Shown here piece by piece: positions 51,596 through 63,376 of a stretch of DNA of 64,000 bases. The notes beneath the pieces are model-generated. The model saw only the letters and a list, made by a program, of their open reading frames with translations, had not been told where the DNA came from and ran no database searches. The stretch comes from an uncultured Lachnospiraceae bacterium (GTDB lineage Bacteria; Bacillota; Clostridia; Lachnospirales; Lachnospiraceae). The first letter of the stretch is position 1; each line of letters starts with the position of its first letter. The position numbers and the translations under genes were made by a program. The stretch covers positions 58,697 through 122,696 of the forward strand of contig CANPZL010000001.1 of the NCBI GenBank assembly GCA_947589055.1, written 5' to 3'.

Positions 51596-53539
51596 TCATA
51601 TCTGGGATTGGCATGCATTACTATTTTTTGTTTCGCAGGTTTCTTTATGAAAATATGCATATACCGCCTGTGCCGCACGCTCGTTCATTTCCGGTATTGC
51701 CTTTAACTCTTCTACTTCCGCCTGCCGGATACCTTCTATGGTTTTGAAGCTCCGCATCAATGCTTTCCTCCTTGCCGGTCCGATTCCTTTAATATCGTCT
51801 AAAACAGAACGTACCTGCGCCTTACTCCTTAACAGCTTATGATACTCGATCGCAAACCGGTGTGCCTCATCCTGTATCCGGGTGATCAGATCAAAGGCTT
51901 CGTTTTTCGGCGGAAAGGCTATCTCCTGATTGTTATAATAAAGTCCCCGTGTCCGATGATTATCGTCCTTTACCATACCGCAGACCGGAATGTCTAAGTG
52001 CAGTTCCTGCAATACCCGTAACGCTACATTTACCTGTCCTTTTCCACCGTCCATCATGATCAGGTCCGGGAACCGATTAAAGCTGCCGAGTTCTTCCGCT
52101 AAACCTTCCGCAGCAATTCTTCTTTGCTCTTCCTTGCCATGCAGGAACCGGCGGGATAAGGTTTCCTCCATACTCTTATAGTCATCCGGTCCGGTAACGG
52201 TACGCAGGCGGAATTTTCGATAGTCGCTCCGTTTTGCTTTCCCATTTTCAAAAACCACCATAGAAGCCACAGCGTTTACACCGCTGATATTGGAAATATC
52301 AAAGGCTTCTATCCGGTCTGCTTTTTCAATTCCGATCAAATTGGCGATTTCCTGTGCCGCACCTGTGGTACGAGCTTCCTCCCGTTTCATTTTTTCCAAA
52401 TCCTGATGAAGAACAACGATAGCATTTTCCTTTGCCAGTTCGATCAGCTTATGTTTTTCACCCTTTTGCGGTGACAGAATATGCACCCTCTGTTCCCGTT
52501 TCTTTGAAAGCCAGCTTTCCAGCAAGTCTTTATCCTCCACCTCTGTCTCCAGAAGCAATTCTTTCGGGATATATGGCGTACCCGCATAATACTGTTTTAC
52601 AAATGCAGTCATGGTTTCCTCCGGCAGATTTTCCTCTACGCCGGCCATGTGAAAATGTTCCCGTCCCAGCAGCTTTCCATCCCGGATAAAGAAAATCGAT
52701 ACAACTGCTTCTCCTTCATTTATCGCCATAGCCACAACGTCTCTGTCAATCGTGTTCGCATTCGTGATTCTTTGCTTTCCTGCAATATGCTTAACACTAT
52801 CGATCAAATCCCGGTATCCCGCCGCCTGTTCAAATTCGAGATTCGACGCTGCTTCCTGCATCTGTGTTTCCAAGTTTTCAAGTACCTGTTGGACATTTCC
52901 ATTTAAAAATTCCATAACATCTTCCACGTTGCGTCGATAATCTTCTTCGGAAATATACCCCTGACAGGGAGCCGGACATTGTTTCATCTGATAATACAGG
53001 CAGGGACGTCCCATTCCTATCTCACTGGGAAGCTTTTTGCTGCAAAACCGAATATGGTACAGCTTCTTGATCAATTCAATCGTATCCCGTACTGCTCCCG
53101 CACTGGTGAAGGGACCGAAATATTTGTTTTTATCCCGTTTCATCTGCCTAGTCAGCAACACCCGTGGATAGGCTTCTTCTAATGTCACTTTGATAAAGGG
53201 ATACGTCTTATCATCCGTCAACATCGTATTATACTTGGGCGCATACTCTTTGATCAGATTATTTTCTAACACCAGCGCTTCCAATTCGGAATCTGTTACG
53301 ATATATTCAAAATAGTGGATCAGCGTGATCATTTTTTCGATTTTAGGAGAACGGTTCCTTCCGGACTGAAAATACTGTCTGACCCGGTTTTTCAAATTGA
53401 TGGCCTTTCCCACATAAATAATCTCATCATTCTCGCTATGCATCAGGTAGACTCCCGGCTGCTCCGGCAGTTTTTTTAATTCTTTTTCTATATCAAAATC
53501 TTTTATCATTCTCGCTCTATCCTTTTTATCCGAACTCAT
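51596..53539 (-). CDS. uvrC: Excinuclease ABC subunit C
   Basis: 647 aa. The GIY-YIG domain reads [33 protein letters not shown] and C-terminal HhH domains are present. Confidence 0.93.
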   Translation of the reverse strand: MSSDKKDRARMIKDFDIEKELKKLPEQPGVYLMHSENDEIIYVGKAINLKNRVRQYFQSGRNRSPKIEKMITLIHYFEYIVTDSELEALVLENNLIKEYAPKYNTMLTDDKTYPFIKVTLEEAYPRVLLTRQMKRDKNKYFGPFTSAGAVRDTIELIKKLYHIRFCSKKLPSEIGMGRPCLYYQMKQCPAPCQGYISEEDYRRNVEDVMEFLNGNVQQVLENLETQMQEAASNLEFEQAAGYRDLIDSVKHIAGKQRITNANTIDRDVVAMAINEGEAVVSIFFIRDGKLLGREHFHMAGVEENLPEETMTAFVKQYYAGTPYIPKELLLETEVEDKDLLESWLSKKREQRVHILSPQKGEKHKLIELAKENAIVVLHQDLEKMKREEARTTGAAQEIANLIGIEKADRIEAFDISNISGVNAVASMVVFENGKAKRSDYRKFRLRTVTGPDDYKSMEETLSRRFLHGKEEQRRIAAEGLAEELGSFNRFPDLIMMDGGKGQVNVALRVLQELHLDIPVCGMVKDDNHRTRGLYYNNQEIAFPPKNEAFDLITRIQDEAHRFAIEYHKLLRSKAQVRSVLDDIKGIGPARRKALMRSFKTIEGIRQAEVEELKAIPEMNERAAQAVYAYFHKETCETKNSNACQSQI

Positions 53540-53732
53540 ACTTTTTCTTATCTATCAGTATACGTTTTTTCCTTTATTTTTTAAAGATAGTTTTAAAAAC
53601 TACATGAAATGGTGTTTTTTACAAGTTTTTCCGTTTTTTCCAGCTTTATCATTGCTATTTTCGCCATTTCAGTATAAAATAATAAATCATTATACCATGA
53701 AACCATATTTCAAGGATTGCGAGGGCAGGATT

Positions 53733-54599
53733 ATGAGACCTTACATTATTTCAACAGATTGTATGGCAGATTTACCCACAGATTTTATCGAACAACACCA
53801 ATTAACCGTTCATCCTCTTTATTTTCAAATCAGTAATCAGACTTATTGTGCTACCGATGGTACACTTTCCGAAAAAGAATTCTACGAAAAAATGAGAAAT
53901 GGTGAAATGCCGACCACTATGGCCAGTAACCCGGAATATATTGAACAAAGCTTCTCGGAAAACCTTGAAAAAGGATATGATATTTTGCATATTAGTTTTT
54001 CTTCCGGACTAAGTTCCAGCTATAATAATACCGCAGTCACCGCTCAAGCTATGAGAGAGCAATATCCGGATCATACGATCCTTGTAATTGATTCCTTATG
54101 CGCTTCTCTTGGACAGGGACTTTTGGTCTATTATGCCTGTAAGAAGAAAGAAGAGGGAGCGACTCTTGAAGAATTAGCGGAGTACTTAGAGGCGCTTAAG
54201 CTGCACATCTGCCATCAATTTACAGTGGACGATCTATTCCACCTTCACCGAGGCGGACGGGTCAGCCGGGCGACTGCCATTATCGGCACCATTGCAAACA
54301 TAAAGCCGGTACTCCATGTAGATAACGAAGGCAAGTTGATCAACATCTCTAAAATCCGAGGGCGTAAGCGTTCCCTTACTACTTTGGTTGACAATATGGA
54401 AAACGCTATGGCCGGATTTGAAAATCCCATTGTTTTTATCAGTCATGGGGACTGTTTAGAGGATGCTCTGTTTGTTAAACAGCAAATCGAAGAACGGTTT
54501 GGTATCCATGAATTTCTGATAAACTATGTAGGCCCTACGATCGGTGCGCATTCCGGTCCCGGAACGGTCGCCCTGTTCTTTTTAGGGAATCCAAGATAG
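53733..54599 (+). CDS. DegV family fatty-acid-binding protein
   Basis: I prefer the ATG at 53733 (MRPYIISTDCMADLP); the longer track ORF starting at 53604 has a hydrophobic, junk-like N-terminus. ..TTMASNP.. Confidence 0.85.
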   Translation: MRPYIISTDCMADLPTDFIEQHQLTVHPLYFQISNQTYCATDGTLSEKEFYEKMRNGEMPTTMASNPEYIEQSFSENLEKGYDILHISFSSGLSSSYNNTAVTAQAMREQYPDHTILVIDSLCASLGQGLLVYYACKKKEEGATLEELAEYLEALKLHICHQFTVDDLFHLHRGGRVSRATAIIGTIANIKPVLHVDNEGKLINISKIRGRKRSLTTLVDNMENAMAGFENPIVFISHGDCLEDALFVKQQIEERFGIHEFLINYVGPTIGAHSGPGTVALFFLGNPR

Positions 54600-54611
54600 C
54601 GATAAAATGAA

Positions 54612-54645
54612 ATGCCCTGAGAAGCGAATCCGCTTCTCAGGGCAT
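54612..54645. terminator. Bidirectional rho-independent terminator between the convergent degV and ftsH genes
   Basis: atgccctgagaagcg-aatc-cgcttctcagggcat is a 15-bp perfect stem flanked by A-rich and T-rich runs. Confidence 0.88.
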
Positions 54646-54649
54646 TTTA

Positions 54650-56563
54650 TTATTCTTTTGTTTCTGTATCAGTTTCGGTTTTGGCATCCGATTCAACGGT
54701 AGTTTCTTCCGGTTTAATTCCTTTGGCTTCATTATAAATCTTCATGAATTCTTTTCCGGTAATGGTCTCCTTTTCTATCAGGTATTCTGCAAGTTTATCC
54801 ATCAGTCCTTCATTTTCTTTCAAAAGCTCGTATGCCTTTTCATACGCTTCCTTCAGCATCCGACTGATTTCCTCGTCAATCTTTGTCGCAGTTTCCTCGG
54901 AGCAGTTCATTACCCGTCTGCCATCTAAATAACGGTTCTGTGTAGATTCCAATGCTACCATGCCAAAAGTATCCGACATACCATAAACAGTAATCATGGC
55001 CCTTGCCTTCGCCGTCGCTTGTTCAATATCATTGGATGCACCGGTCGTAACGGAATCAAACTTGATTTCCTCAGCCGCCCGTCCGCCTAAGGAGGTAACC
55101 AGATCCGCCAGCATCTCCTCCTTGGTATTCAGATATTTTTCTTCCTCAGGAACCTGCATGACGTATCCCAATGCTCCCATGGTTCTCGGTATAATCGTAA
55201 TTTTTTGCACCGGCTCCGTGTGTTTTTGCAGGGCGATGATCAATGCGTGGCCAATCTCATGATAGGCAACGATCTTCTTTTCCTTTTCACTCAGAATACG
55301 ATCCTTCTTTTCTTTACCGGCAAAAACCACCTCTACCGATTCAAACAAATCCTTTTGACTGACATACTGTCTTCCTGCTTTTACTGCCGATAATGCCGCC
55401 TCATTGATGATATTCGCCAAATCGGCACCCACCGCACCAGAGGTTGCAAGTGCAAGCTCCTCAAAGTCCACAGTCTCATCCATCTTAACATCTTTCGAAT
55501 GTACCTTTAATACGTCGATTCGTCCCTTTAGATCAGGTTTTTCCACAATTACCCGTCGGTCAAACCGCCCCGGCCGAAGCAACGCCTTATCCAGAACCTC
55601 CGGTCGATTGGTGGCTGCCAAGATTACGATTCCTTTTGAGGTATCAAATCCGTCCATTTCTGCCAACAGCTGATTTAAGGTCTGCTCCCGCTCGGAATCT
55701 CCTCCATGCCCTACAGTATCCCGGCTTCGTCCAATGGCATCAATCTCGTCGATAAAAACGATACAGGGAGCCATTGAATTGGCGTCTTTAAATAGATCCC
55801 GGACTCTGGAAGCCCCGACGCCCACATACATCTCCACAAAATCTGAACCGGATAGGGAGAAAAACGGAACATTTGCCTCTCCTGCTACTGCCTTTGCCAA
55901 CAGTGTCTTACCAGTTCCCGGAGGGCCGACCAGCAAGGCACCTCGCGGCAGCTTTGCACCGATTTCCAAGTATTTTTTCGGATTATGCAGAAAGTCTACC
56001 ATTTCTACCAACGATTCCTTGGCTTCTTCCTGTCCGGCTACATCGGCAAACGTAACTCCCGTTTTCTTTTCCACGTAAACCTTGGCCTTTGATTTACCGA
56101 CGCCTCCCATCATACCGTTTTTCGTCAAAAGACGAAGAAACAGTATCATCACAAGATAAATGACGCCAACCATTAACAAAAATTGCAGAATACTGAACCA
56201 CCAGGTACTGGAAGTTTCCTGTGCCTCCTCATATTCCACACCAGCCTCTTCTAACCGATCTATCAGATTCAAATCATATACCCGGATCGTTGTATAAGTC
56301 ACTTTCTGAAACTGATGCCCGTCTTCTTCCACGATTGGATGAATGGTAAGATTCCCGTCCGAAATCTCAACGGATTCTACCTCACCATTTTCCAGCATAT
56401 CCATAAATTCACTATACTTTATCTCTTCAACGGTTCCACGGCTGTAACGCTGTAATGTATTCCAAAACAAAAAAGTCAGAACTACAGAAATGATCAACAT
56501 AACGACAAGCGGCTTCCAAGAACCGCTCGGCTTTTTATTGTCATCTGAATTCTTTTCGTTCAT
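54650..56563 (-). CDS. ftsH: ATP-dependent zinc metalloprotease FtsH
   Basis: The ATG at 56563 has an AAGGAGG RBS; the track start at 56656 has none. [18 protein letters not shown] and the HEIGHAL zinc site are present. Confidence 0.93.
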   Translation of the reverse strand: MNEKNSDDNKKPSGSWKPLVVMLIISVVLTFLFWNTLQRYSRGTVEEIKYSEFMDMLENGEVESVEISDGNLTIHPIVEEDGHQFQKVTYTTIRVYDLNLIDRLEEAGVEYEEAQETSSTWWFSILQFLLMVGVIYLVMILFLRLLTKNGMMGGVGKSKAKVYVEKKTGVTFADVAGQEEAKESLVEMVDFLHNPKKYLEIGAKLPRGALLVGPPGTGKTLLAKAVAGEANVPFFSLSGSDFVEMYVGVGASRVRDLFKDANSMAPCIVFIDEIDAIGRSRDTVGHGGDSEREQTLNQLLAEMDGFDTSKGIVILAATNRPEVLDKALLRPGRFDRRVIVEKPDLKGRIDVLKVHSKDVKMDETVDFEELALATSGAVGADLANIINEAALSAVKAGRQYVSQKDLFESVEVVFAGKEKKDRILSEKEKKIVAYHEIGHALIIALQKHTEPVQKITIIPRTMGALGYVMQVPEEEKYLNTKEEMLADLVTSLGGRAAEEIKFDSVTTGASNDIEQATAKARAMITVYGMSDTFGMVALESTQNRYLDGRRVMNCSEETATKIDEEISRMLKEAYEKAYELLKENEGLMDKLAEYLIEKETITGKEFMKIYNEAKGIKPEETTVESDAKTETDTETKE

Positions 56564-56765
56564 ACTACCCCTCCTTGTATTCTCAGCTCCCATGCTATAT
56601 GCCACATGGAATGCCATCTTCCGTGTGTAAGAATCCGCCGGAATATCCGGATTCAAATTCTTCTTTGTCTAATATACTAGGTTCTATACCAGAAATCAAA
56701 TAAAAGTTATGGAAAGAATGTTAAAGTTATCTAAAAAAACCTTTGTTATCCACGAAAAAATTACA

Positions 56766-56794
56766 TTGACTATTAAATTCCCTTCCTCTATAAT
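56766..56794 (+). promoter_or_regulatory. Consensus SigA promoter upstream of pyrG
   Basis: TTGACT (56766-71), a 17-nt spacer, then TATAAT (56789-94). Confidence 0.65.
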
Positions 56795-56865
56795 AAAAAT
56801 GATAATGTTATATACAAGGATACAAAAAAAGAATACATATTCTATAATTTCTAAACGATGACAGC

Positions 56866-56889
56866 AACGAGTAGGTTCTCCTACTCGTT
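56866..56889 (+). promoter_or_regulatory. Leader hairpin 33 nt upstream of the pyrG start (possible attenuator)
   Basis: aacgagtagg-ttct-cctactcgtt is a 10-bp stem followed by a single further T (TTT counting the stem-terminal TT). Confidence 0.35.
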
Positions 56890-56922
56890 TACCTATTACA
56901 TGACACACATAGGAGGATAAGC

Positions 56923-58533
56923 ATGGCAGTCAAATACATTTTTGTAACCGGCGGGGTAGTTTCCGGACTCGGAAAAGGCATTACGGCCGCCTCATTGGGA
57001 CGGTTGTTAAAGGCTCGTGGTTATAAGGTTCACAGCCAAAAATTCGATCCGTATATCAATATGGATCCGGGTACCATGAATCCGGTTCAACATGGAGAAG
57101 TATTCGTTACAGACGATGGTGTAGAGACTGATTTGGATCTGGGACACTATGAACGGTTTATTGATGAAAGTTTGAATAAAAATTCCAATGTTACCACTGG
57201 TAAGATTTACTGGAGCATTTTAACAAAAGAGCGGCGCGGTGACTTTGGCGGGCATACCGTACAGGTGATTCCGCATGTGACAAATGAGATCAAAAGTCGT
57301 TTTTATCGGAATCCTGAAACAACAAAGACGGAGGTCGCTATTATTGAAGTCGGCGGAACCGTAGGTGATATTGAAAGCCAGCCTTTTTTGGAGGCCATCC
57401 GGCAATTCCAGCATGATGTAGGACGTGAAAACTGTATTTTAATCCATGTAACCTTGATCCCATATTTAAAATCTTCCGGTGAGATGAAAACGAAACCCAC
57501 ACAGGCAAGCGTAAAAGAGCTGCAGGGTATCGGTCTGCACCCGGACATTCTGGTCTGTCGTTCCGACTGGCCACTGGATCAGGGAATCAAAAGTAAAATA
57601 TCCATGTTCTGTAATGTGGAGCCCTCCCACGTTATCCAAAATCTGGACTGCGACGTGTTATATGAGGTTCCTCTTGATATGGAAAAAGAACATCTGGCAA
57701 ATGTTGCCTGTGAATGTCTACATATCCCCTGTCCGGAACCGGATCTAAAGGACTGGATCGACATGGTAAACCGTTGGAAAAATCCAACCCGAAAGGTTCG
57801 TATTGCTTTAGTCGGGAAATATGTAGCATTACATGACGCTTATATTTCTGTTGTAGAAGCACTAAAGCACGGAGCAGTCGCACACGACGCTGAAGTGGAC
57901 ATCAAATGGGTGGATTCCGAACTGGTGCATGCTGACAATGTGGAATCTTTCTTTCATGACGTTCACGGGATCATCGTTCCCGGCGGTTTTGGCGATCGTG
58001 GAATCGAAGGCATGATCGATGCGATTCAATATGCCAGAGAACATAAACTGCCTTATCTGGGACTATGTCTTGGAATGCAGCTGACTATCGTAGAGTTTGC
58101 AAGAAATGTATTAGGATATGCGGATGCCAACAGCAGTGAATTTAATCCCAGTTCTGTTCATCAGGTAATCCATATCATGCCGGATCAAAACGGGATCACC
58201 GATCTGGGCGGAACGCTTCGATTAGGTTCCTATCCCTGTATTTTGGATAAAACTTCAAAATCGTATGAATTATATGGCAGTGAAGAAATTGCAGAGCGGC
58301 ACCGTCACCGCTACGAGGTAAATAATGATTATCGGGACGCCCTGACTGCGCACGGTATGAAACAGGTAGGCCATTCCCCGGACGGTCATATCGTTGAGAT
58401 GATAGAGCTTACAGATCATCCCTGGTTTATCGGAACTCAGGCCCACCCGGAATTCAAATCCCGTCCCAATAAGCCTCATCCTTTATTTAAAGGATTTTTA
58501 GGTGCTGCACTAAAGCATCAAGAACAAAACTAG
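56923..58533 (+). CDS. pyrG: CTP synthase
   Basis: 536 aa. [20 protein letters not shown].., and the glutaminase region GLCLGMQ. Confidence 0.95.
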   Translation: MAVKYIFVTGGVVSGLGKGITAASLGRLLKARGYKVHSQKFDPYINMDPGTMNPVQHGEVFVTDDGVETDLDLGHYERFIDESLNKNSNVTTGKIYWSILTKERRGDFGGHTVQVIPHVTNEIKSRFYRNPETTKTEVAIIEVGGTVGDIESQPFLEAIRQFQHDVGRENCILIHVTLIPYLKSSGEMKTKPTQASVKELQGIGLHPDILVCRSDWPLDQGIKSKISMFCNVEPSHVIQNLDCDVLYEVPLDMEKEHLANVACECLHIPCPEPDLKDWIDMVNRWKNPTRKVRIALVGKYVALHDAYISVVEALKHGAVAHDAEVDIKWVDSELVHADNVESFFHDVHGIIVPGGFGDRGIEGMIDAIQYAREHKLPYLGLCLGMQLTIVEFARNVLGYADANSSEFNPSSVHQVIHIMPDQNGITDLGGTLRLGSYPCILDKTSKSYELYGSEEIAERHRHRYEVNNDYRDALTAHGMKQVGHSPDGHIVEMIELTDHPWFIGTQAHPEFKSRPNKPHPLFKGFLGAALKHQEQN

Positions 58534-58537
58534 AATC

Positions 58538-58626
58538 AAAAAGGAGTACCCCTATTTTGCAAACTGCCTTTTATCGTCGGTTTCTCATCTGACTTTTGAA
58601 AGCAGTCCGCAGGGTTACTCCTTTTT
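58538..58626. terminator. Long compound hairpin between the convergent pyrG and LysR genes
   Basis: aaaaaggagtaccc (58538-51) pairs with gggttactccttttt (58612-26), with one bulge. The 60-nt interior has a small inner stem (actgc/gcagt). Confidence 0.4.
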
Positions 58627-58648
58627 AACAGGTTATGTTTTCTTTCAT

Positions 58649-59569
58649 CTATATCACAGTTAAGTACTTTTTTAATTCTTCGATATATAGTTTTCCCATT
58701 TTGCTCAGGATAAGATTTTTTTTCACAATATATCCGATTTCCATTTTACTGTTCGGATTTTCTGTGTCTTCCTGATATGGAACCGCTACAAAATCCGTTC
58801 CATTGAGTTCCTCGCATATGATACCGGAGCATAATGTATAGCCATTCAAACCGGTCATCAGATTCAGCATGGTTGCCCGGTCATTTGCCTTAATCGTACG
58901 GGGATAGTCATTGGTACTTAGTATTTCCTCTGCAAAATAAAAGGAGCTTTCATTCCCCTGCTCAAACGAAAGACAAGGATAGTCTGCCAGCTGCGAAAAC
59001 CGGATTGACTGACATTTTGCAAGCGGGTGTCCTTTCCAAAGATATACATAAGCGTTGCAATCAATCAGCTTGTGGAATTCCAATTCATTGGTTTTCAATA
59101 AACGGCCCAGAAGATTTCGATTGAACTCGCACAGATACAGAATGCCGATCTCACTTTTTGAGGTACTGACATCTTCGATTATCTCTTTGGTTTTTGTTTC
59201 CCGGATTGCGAATTCATATTCTTCCATATCAAAATTCTTTACCATTTCTACAAAGGCCTTTACTGCGAACGAATAGTGCTGTGTGGAAATACCGAACTTT
59301 TTCTTATGGTTTCCAGCGGTTCCGTATCGCTCCATAAGAACTTCATATTGATAATATACCTGTCTGGCATAGGTAACGAATTCAACTCCGTCATTTGTCA
59401 AAGTGACGCCCTTCCCACTTCGATGGAAAATAGCGATACCAAGCTCCTTTTCCAGCTCTTTTACCGAACTGGTCAAGGAAGGCTGGGAGATATATAAAAG
59501 TTCCGATGCCTTATTAAATGATCCCGTTTCTGAAATCGTAATCACATAACGAAGCTGTTGAAGCGTCAT
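58649..59569 (-). CDS. LysR-family transcriptional regulator
   Basis: 306 aa. MTLQQLRYVITISETGSFNKASELLYISQPSLTSSVKELEKELG. Confidence 0.9.
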   Translation of the reverse strand: MTLQQLRYVITISETGSFNKASELLYISQPSLTSSVKELEKELGIAIFHRSGKGVTLTNDGVEFVTYARQVYYQYEVLMERYGTAGNHKKKFGISTQHYSFAVKAFVEMVKNFDMEEYEFAIRETKTKEIIEDVSTSKSEIGILYLCEFNRNLLGRLLKTNELEFHKLIDCNAYVYLWKGHPLAKCQSIRFSQLADYPCLSFEQGNESSFYFAEEILSTNDYPRTIKANDRATMLNLMTGLNGYTLCSGIICEELNGTDFVAVPYQEDTENPNSKMEIGYIVKKNLILSKMGKLYIEELKKYLTVI

Positions 59570-59624
59570 TTGCTTTCCTCCTATCTTTATGCATTCTGTT
59601 CGACTATCAACATCATAAGAATTG

Positions 59625-60650
59625 CTATAGCGAACGAAGTAAAATTTCAGTTAAGATTGCATAAATGATGCAAAACCCCAGTCCAAGACCAAGAAACACG
59701 TTCATGATCCGTACCCGGTCTGCTGCCATGGCCTCTTTTTGTTCCTGTGTTTTTTTCGTAAACATTCCTTTTAATATCAACTGCCGCTTATTTAAGTATG
59801 CTATGTAATAAAGCAGCAAAGCAGCTAAGATCAGACAAACCAAAGCCGGTATCAGCATAATGGCCCCAGTAAGAAGCATCTGCCCCTGTGAAACCGAAGA
59901 CGCCGCCTGTCCTACATTCATCATCTCATCCAGTTCCTGTTGAGACATGCCTAACTGCTCCGGCGTAATCCCACTTTCTTCTAACATATCCATATACCAA
60001 TTCGTCAATTTGGGGAGTAAGTACACCAAAGTGACAGAGGTTCCATTAAATACAAAATGAACTACCATCGTCGAAAGAATACTTCCGGTCGCCTCTAATA
60101 TGATTCCCATAATGATACCCAATACCAGCGCATATGCAATTTGATTGATATTCATGTGCATACAGCCAAAACATAGCGCTGAAAAAAGGATTCCGGGCCA
60201 AGGATTACTATCCCGGTGAAAGCTGTTCAACAGCACCCCGCGAAAAGTTATTTCCTCTACCATAGCAGGCAGCAATGCCATCAAGGATAAAAAAGCAATG
60301 TACGGAAGCTCTTCCATGATGCCGCCCATGGTATCCGCAATTACATTTGTCGAAAATGACATACTGATCGCATTGATACAGACTAAAAGCGGCTGTAACA
60401 GATAGGTCAATGGGATAATCAGGAGCAGGGACCAAGGATTCACCTTTTGTAAACGAATCAATTTCAAAAAATTCTGTTTTGTTACGATCACATAAATGAT
60501 CACCGGAACAATGATCAATCCCTGTGCCAGCAATATGGTCGCAAACAGAGGAAGTCCACTGAAATCAATAAATCCTGCTCCGATATTGATCAGCACAATC
60601 ACGAAAAACAGTATGCTTGCACCTAATACCATTTTTTTCTTTTCCATCAT
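59625..60650 (-). CDS. CPBP (CAAX) family intramembrane glutamic endopeptidase
   Basis: 341 aa, polytopic. Motifs are EEITFRG, FGCMH and HFVFN. Confidence 0.85.
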   Translation of the reverse strand: MMEKKKMVLGASILFFVIVLINIGAGFIDFSGLPLFATILLAQGLIIVPVIIYVIVTKQNFLKLIRLQKVNPWSLLLIIPLTYLLQPLLVCINAISMSFSTNVIADTMGGIMEELPYIAFLSLMALLPAMVEEITFRGVLLNSFHRDSNPWPGILFSALCFGCMHMNINQIAYALVLGIIMGIILEATGSILSTMVVHFVFNGTSVTLVYLLPKLTNWYMDMLEESGITPEQLGMSQQELDEMMNVGQAASSVSQGQMLLTGAIMLIPALVCLILAALLLYYIAYLNKRQLILKGMFTKKTQEQKEAMAADRVRIMNVFLGLGLGFCIIYAILTEILLRSL

Positions 60651-60701
60651 CGTCCTCCAATCAAACCCTATCCTTGGTATCCTTCCGTTCTATTACTAAC
60701 A

Positions 60702-61085
60702 TTAGTTTTCCTTACAGGCAATGGCTTCAATCTCGATCAAAACGTCCTTCGGCAGACGAGCCACCTCCACACAGGAACGAGCCGGGCAATTTTCCTTAAA
60801 AAACTCTGCATATACCTGATTCACTTTTGCAAAATCATTCATGTCCTTGATAAATACAGTAGTCTTGATGACGTTGTCACAGCTAGAACCTGCTTCCTTT
60901 AACAAAGCTGCCAAATTACCAATCGCCTGCTTTGCCTGAATAACAATATCGCCTTCTACCAGTTCATTGGTAGCAGGGTCAATGGGAATGACTCCGGATG
61001 TATAAATCATTCCATTCACTTCCACTGCCTGCGAATAGGGTCCGATGGCCGCCGGTGCCTTTTTTGTAGATATAATTGTTTTCAT
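60702..61085 (-). CDS. ridA: RidA/YjgF-family reactive-intermediate deaminase
   Basis: 127 aa. ..APAAIGPYSQAV..; ..PARSCVEVARLPKDVLIEIEAIA. Confidence 0.9.
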   Translation of the reverse strand: MKTIISTKKAPAAIGPYSQAVEVNGMIYTSGVIPIDPATNELVEGDIVIQAKQAIGNLAALLKEAGSSCDNVIKTTVFIKDMNDFAKVNQVYAEFFKENCPARSCVEVARLPKDVLIEIEAIACKEN

Positions 61086-61160
61086 GTTCTAACCTCCTAT
61101 TTCTTTTATGTCTTTTATTTCTTACTAACTTTAATGTTCCATTTCCATCTATTTGATAGA

Positions 61161-61991
61161 TCATTTTTTTCGTATCGTCTGTTCTGTAATCTCGATTTTT
61201 CCCTCCTTCAACAGTCTCCCCACTGCCCGTTTAAACTCACTTTTACTCATACCGAACTCCGCTCGGATCCTCTCCGGTTCTGCTTTATCCGTAAACGGAA
61301 GCTCACCGTTTTTTTCGATCCGTTCTAATATTATTTTACTGTCCGTATCAATTTGAAGATATGCCGGTCGTCGAATACTTAAATCCATCTTACCATCCTC
61401 CCGGACACTCATAACCCTTCCTTCTACTACATCCCCTATTTTCAGTTCCTGATAAAGCTCCCGATTGGGTATCAATCCCGAATATTGGTCTTCTACCGCT
61501 ACAAAAGCACCTAGATTGGGTTTACATTCATAAACCGTTCCCCGAAAGAAATCATCCTTTTTATAAGGCGGATCCGTCCGAAGATGGGAATATAGCCGCA
61601 TCGTAACACAAAGCCGGTTACTCTTATCCACATACATATAAACAAGATATTCTTTTCCAATCTCTACTGTCCCCGTCTGCTCTTTAAACGGTAAAAGCAC
61701 GTCCCGTTCCAGCCCGCAATCCATAAATGCACCGATTTTTTCCACACTCACTACTTTTAACTTTGCAATTTCTCCTGCCGTTATATAAGGGGGATTGACA
61801 GTTGCAATCTTCCTGTCCGCAGAATCCCGATATAAAAAGACCTTGATCTTGTCTCCGACCTTTATCGTTGGCTCCACCTGCTTCTGCGGCAGCAATACTG
61901 TTTCCTCACTATCTTCCTGTTCTCCCAGATAGATTCCGAATTCTTTTTTTCGAACCACCGTTAATATCTGCCATTTTCCAATTTCAATCAT
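61161..61991 (-). CDS. S1-domain RNA-binding protein (CvfB/YitL family)
   Basis: 276 aa with tandem S1-like folds and a C-terminal winged helix (..MSKSEFKRAVGRLLKEGKI..). Confidence 0.8.
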   Translation of the reverse strand: MIEIGKWQILTVVRKKEFGIYLGEQEDSEETVLLPQKQVEPTIKVGDKIKVFLYRDSADRKIATVNPPYITAGEIAKLKVVSVEKIGAFMDCGLERDVLLPFKEQTGTVEIGKEYLVYMYVDKSNRLCVTMRLYSHLRTDPPYKKDDFFRGTVYECKPNLGAFVAVEDQYSGLIPNRELYQELKIGDVVEGRVMSVREDGKMDLSIRRPAYLQIDTDSKIILERIEKNGELPFTDKAEPERIRAEFGMSKSEFKRAVGRLLKEGKIEITEQTIRKK

Positions 61992-62038
61992 ATTCTATCC
62001 TTCCTAAATCCACTACAGAGAGCTTGCGCCTAGTTTTC

Positions 62039-62743
62039 CTAAAACGTAAACTCCGTACTGACGTGCATCTCTTTATTTTCGTTACAGAATGCGATATAAC
62101 ATTTTTCATCCACCCATTTTTGCAAGATCAGCATAGTATCTCCTACCTTCATCTGCTTTCGGTAATCCACCCGGATCCGTTTTATTTCTGCCTCCTGTGG
62201 AAGATAGTCGGAAGCAATGTCAACGTACATGGCATTGTTCAAATGCTGATACATATCCGCAGAATGCTCCTGAACCACAAGTCGGTCTACTGTCTGCATT
62301 TCGTCCGGCAGAGAAATCTTTCTTGGCGTATATTCCATTTCCAGTCGTGGAGAGAAGCCATAACGCTTTAGTTCCTCATCGGATGTCTTCGCTGGTTTCA
62401 TCTTTGCTACATCCGTATGCAGCCAGATCGCATAGGAACGAACTATGACTTCACCATCCGAGGTCCGCATTTCATAATTCCGGTAGCCGAATGCGCCCTT
62501 AAAATCAAAAGGCCATGTCCGAACCTGCACACATTCATTATATTCAGGAAGACGAATAATATCGATCTGCCAGGAGGTTAACAGCCATGCAAGATTTCTA
62601 GGTGCCAGAAACGGAATACCCACTCCTAAAGATTCGGAATGCTCTATACTGGAATCCTGAAACCATTTAGGCAGATTATAAAGACGCAGCTTATTATTAC
62701 GTCCTATATCACTAAATCGTACCCGATAGGATACTTCATACAT
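62039..62743 (-). CDS. Acyl-ACP thioesterase
   Basis: 234 aa with a double hotdog pattern. ..YRVRFSDIG.., ..NNAMYVD.. Confidence 0.75.
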   Translation of the reverse strand: MYEVSYRVRFSDIGRNNKLRLYNLPKWFQDSSIEHSESLGVGIPFLAPRNLAWLLTSWQIDIIRLPEYNECVQVRTWPFDFKGAFGYRNYEMRTSDGEVIVRSYAIWLHTDVAKMKPAKTSDEELKRYGFSPRLEMEYTPRKISLPDEMQTVDRLVVQEHSADMYQHLNNAMYVDIASDYLPQEAEIKRIRVDYRKQMKVGDTMLILQKWVDEKCYIAFCNENKEMHVSTEFTF

Positions 62744-62758
62744 TGATTTTTCCTCCTC

Positions 62759-63145
62759 TTACTTCCGTACATGCTTTTTAGCCGTTTTTTTGCCCGAAAC
62801 GTTCTTTACAGGTTGATCCCACCTTAATATCCTCTGGCGGATATAGGCCCTATCCGCCTCCTTTGCCGGTTCATATCCAAGCTCCGTCAAACGGGAAACG
62901 GAATTCGTTATATCTAAAACCGAAACCTCCCGGTGTTTGCCCGTAAAGTCATATCCACGGTACACATCCAGCACAACATATACATCCTTGCTCCTTCTGT
63001 CCGGATTGGGAATCACTTCCTGTACAGTCCAATCCTCAAAGGCTTCCTGCTTCTTTGGCAACTCTCCTGTCTGTTCCACTCGTTTTAAGTATAACTGCTC
63101 TGTGTCACAAATTGCCCAAGGAATAATGTAAATCAGCCTGCTCAT
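62759..63145 (-). CDS. Hypothetical protein
   Basis: 128 aa with a strong GGAGGAGG RBS and a basic C-terminus. I recognise no family. Confidence 0.5.
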   Translation of the reverse strand: MSRLIYIIPWAICDTEQLYLKRVEQTGELPKKQEAFEDWTVQEVIPNPDRRSKDVYVVLDVYRGYDFTGKHREVSVLDITNSVSRLTELGYEPAKEADRAYIRQRILRWDQPVKNVSGKKTAKKHVRK

Positions 63146-63270
63146 GTGTACACCTCCTCCACGTCTGTACTATTATACAGGAAAGAAATCCGTTTGTCAT
63201 TTTATTTTTTTTTAAAAATGCTTGCAATATTCATAATCATCATGTAAAATAATCTTTGTTCTAAAAATAA

Positions 63271-63342
63271 TGGGATATCGCCAAATGGTAAGGCACTGGA
63301 TTCTGATTCCAGCATGTGTAGGTTCGAATCCTGCTATCCCAG
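63271..63342 (+). tRNA. tRNA-Gln (anticodon CTG)
   Basis: The acceptor is tgggata/tatccca, the anticodon arm is ctgga-ttCTGat-tccag, and the T arm is gtagg-ttcgaat-cctgc. It closely resembles E. coli tRNA-Gln2. Confidence 0.9.
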
Positions 63343-63344
63343 TA

Positions 63345-63370
63345 AAGGGGCTGTTTTGCAACAGCCCCTT
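63345..63370. terminator. Bidirectional terminator after tRNA-Gln and the WYL gene
   Basis: aaggggctgtt-ttgc-aacagcccctt is an 11-bp stem followed by ttcctttt. Confidence 0.8.
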
Positions 63371-63376
63371 TTCCTT

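Noticed and set aside
56696-56908. A 70-aa minus-strand ORF in the ftsH/pyrG intergenic region.
   Set aside because: It is an AT-rich, Ile/Phe-rich translation with no RBS, and it overlaps the pyrG promoter and leader.
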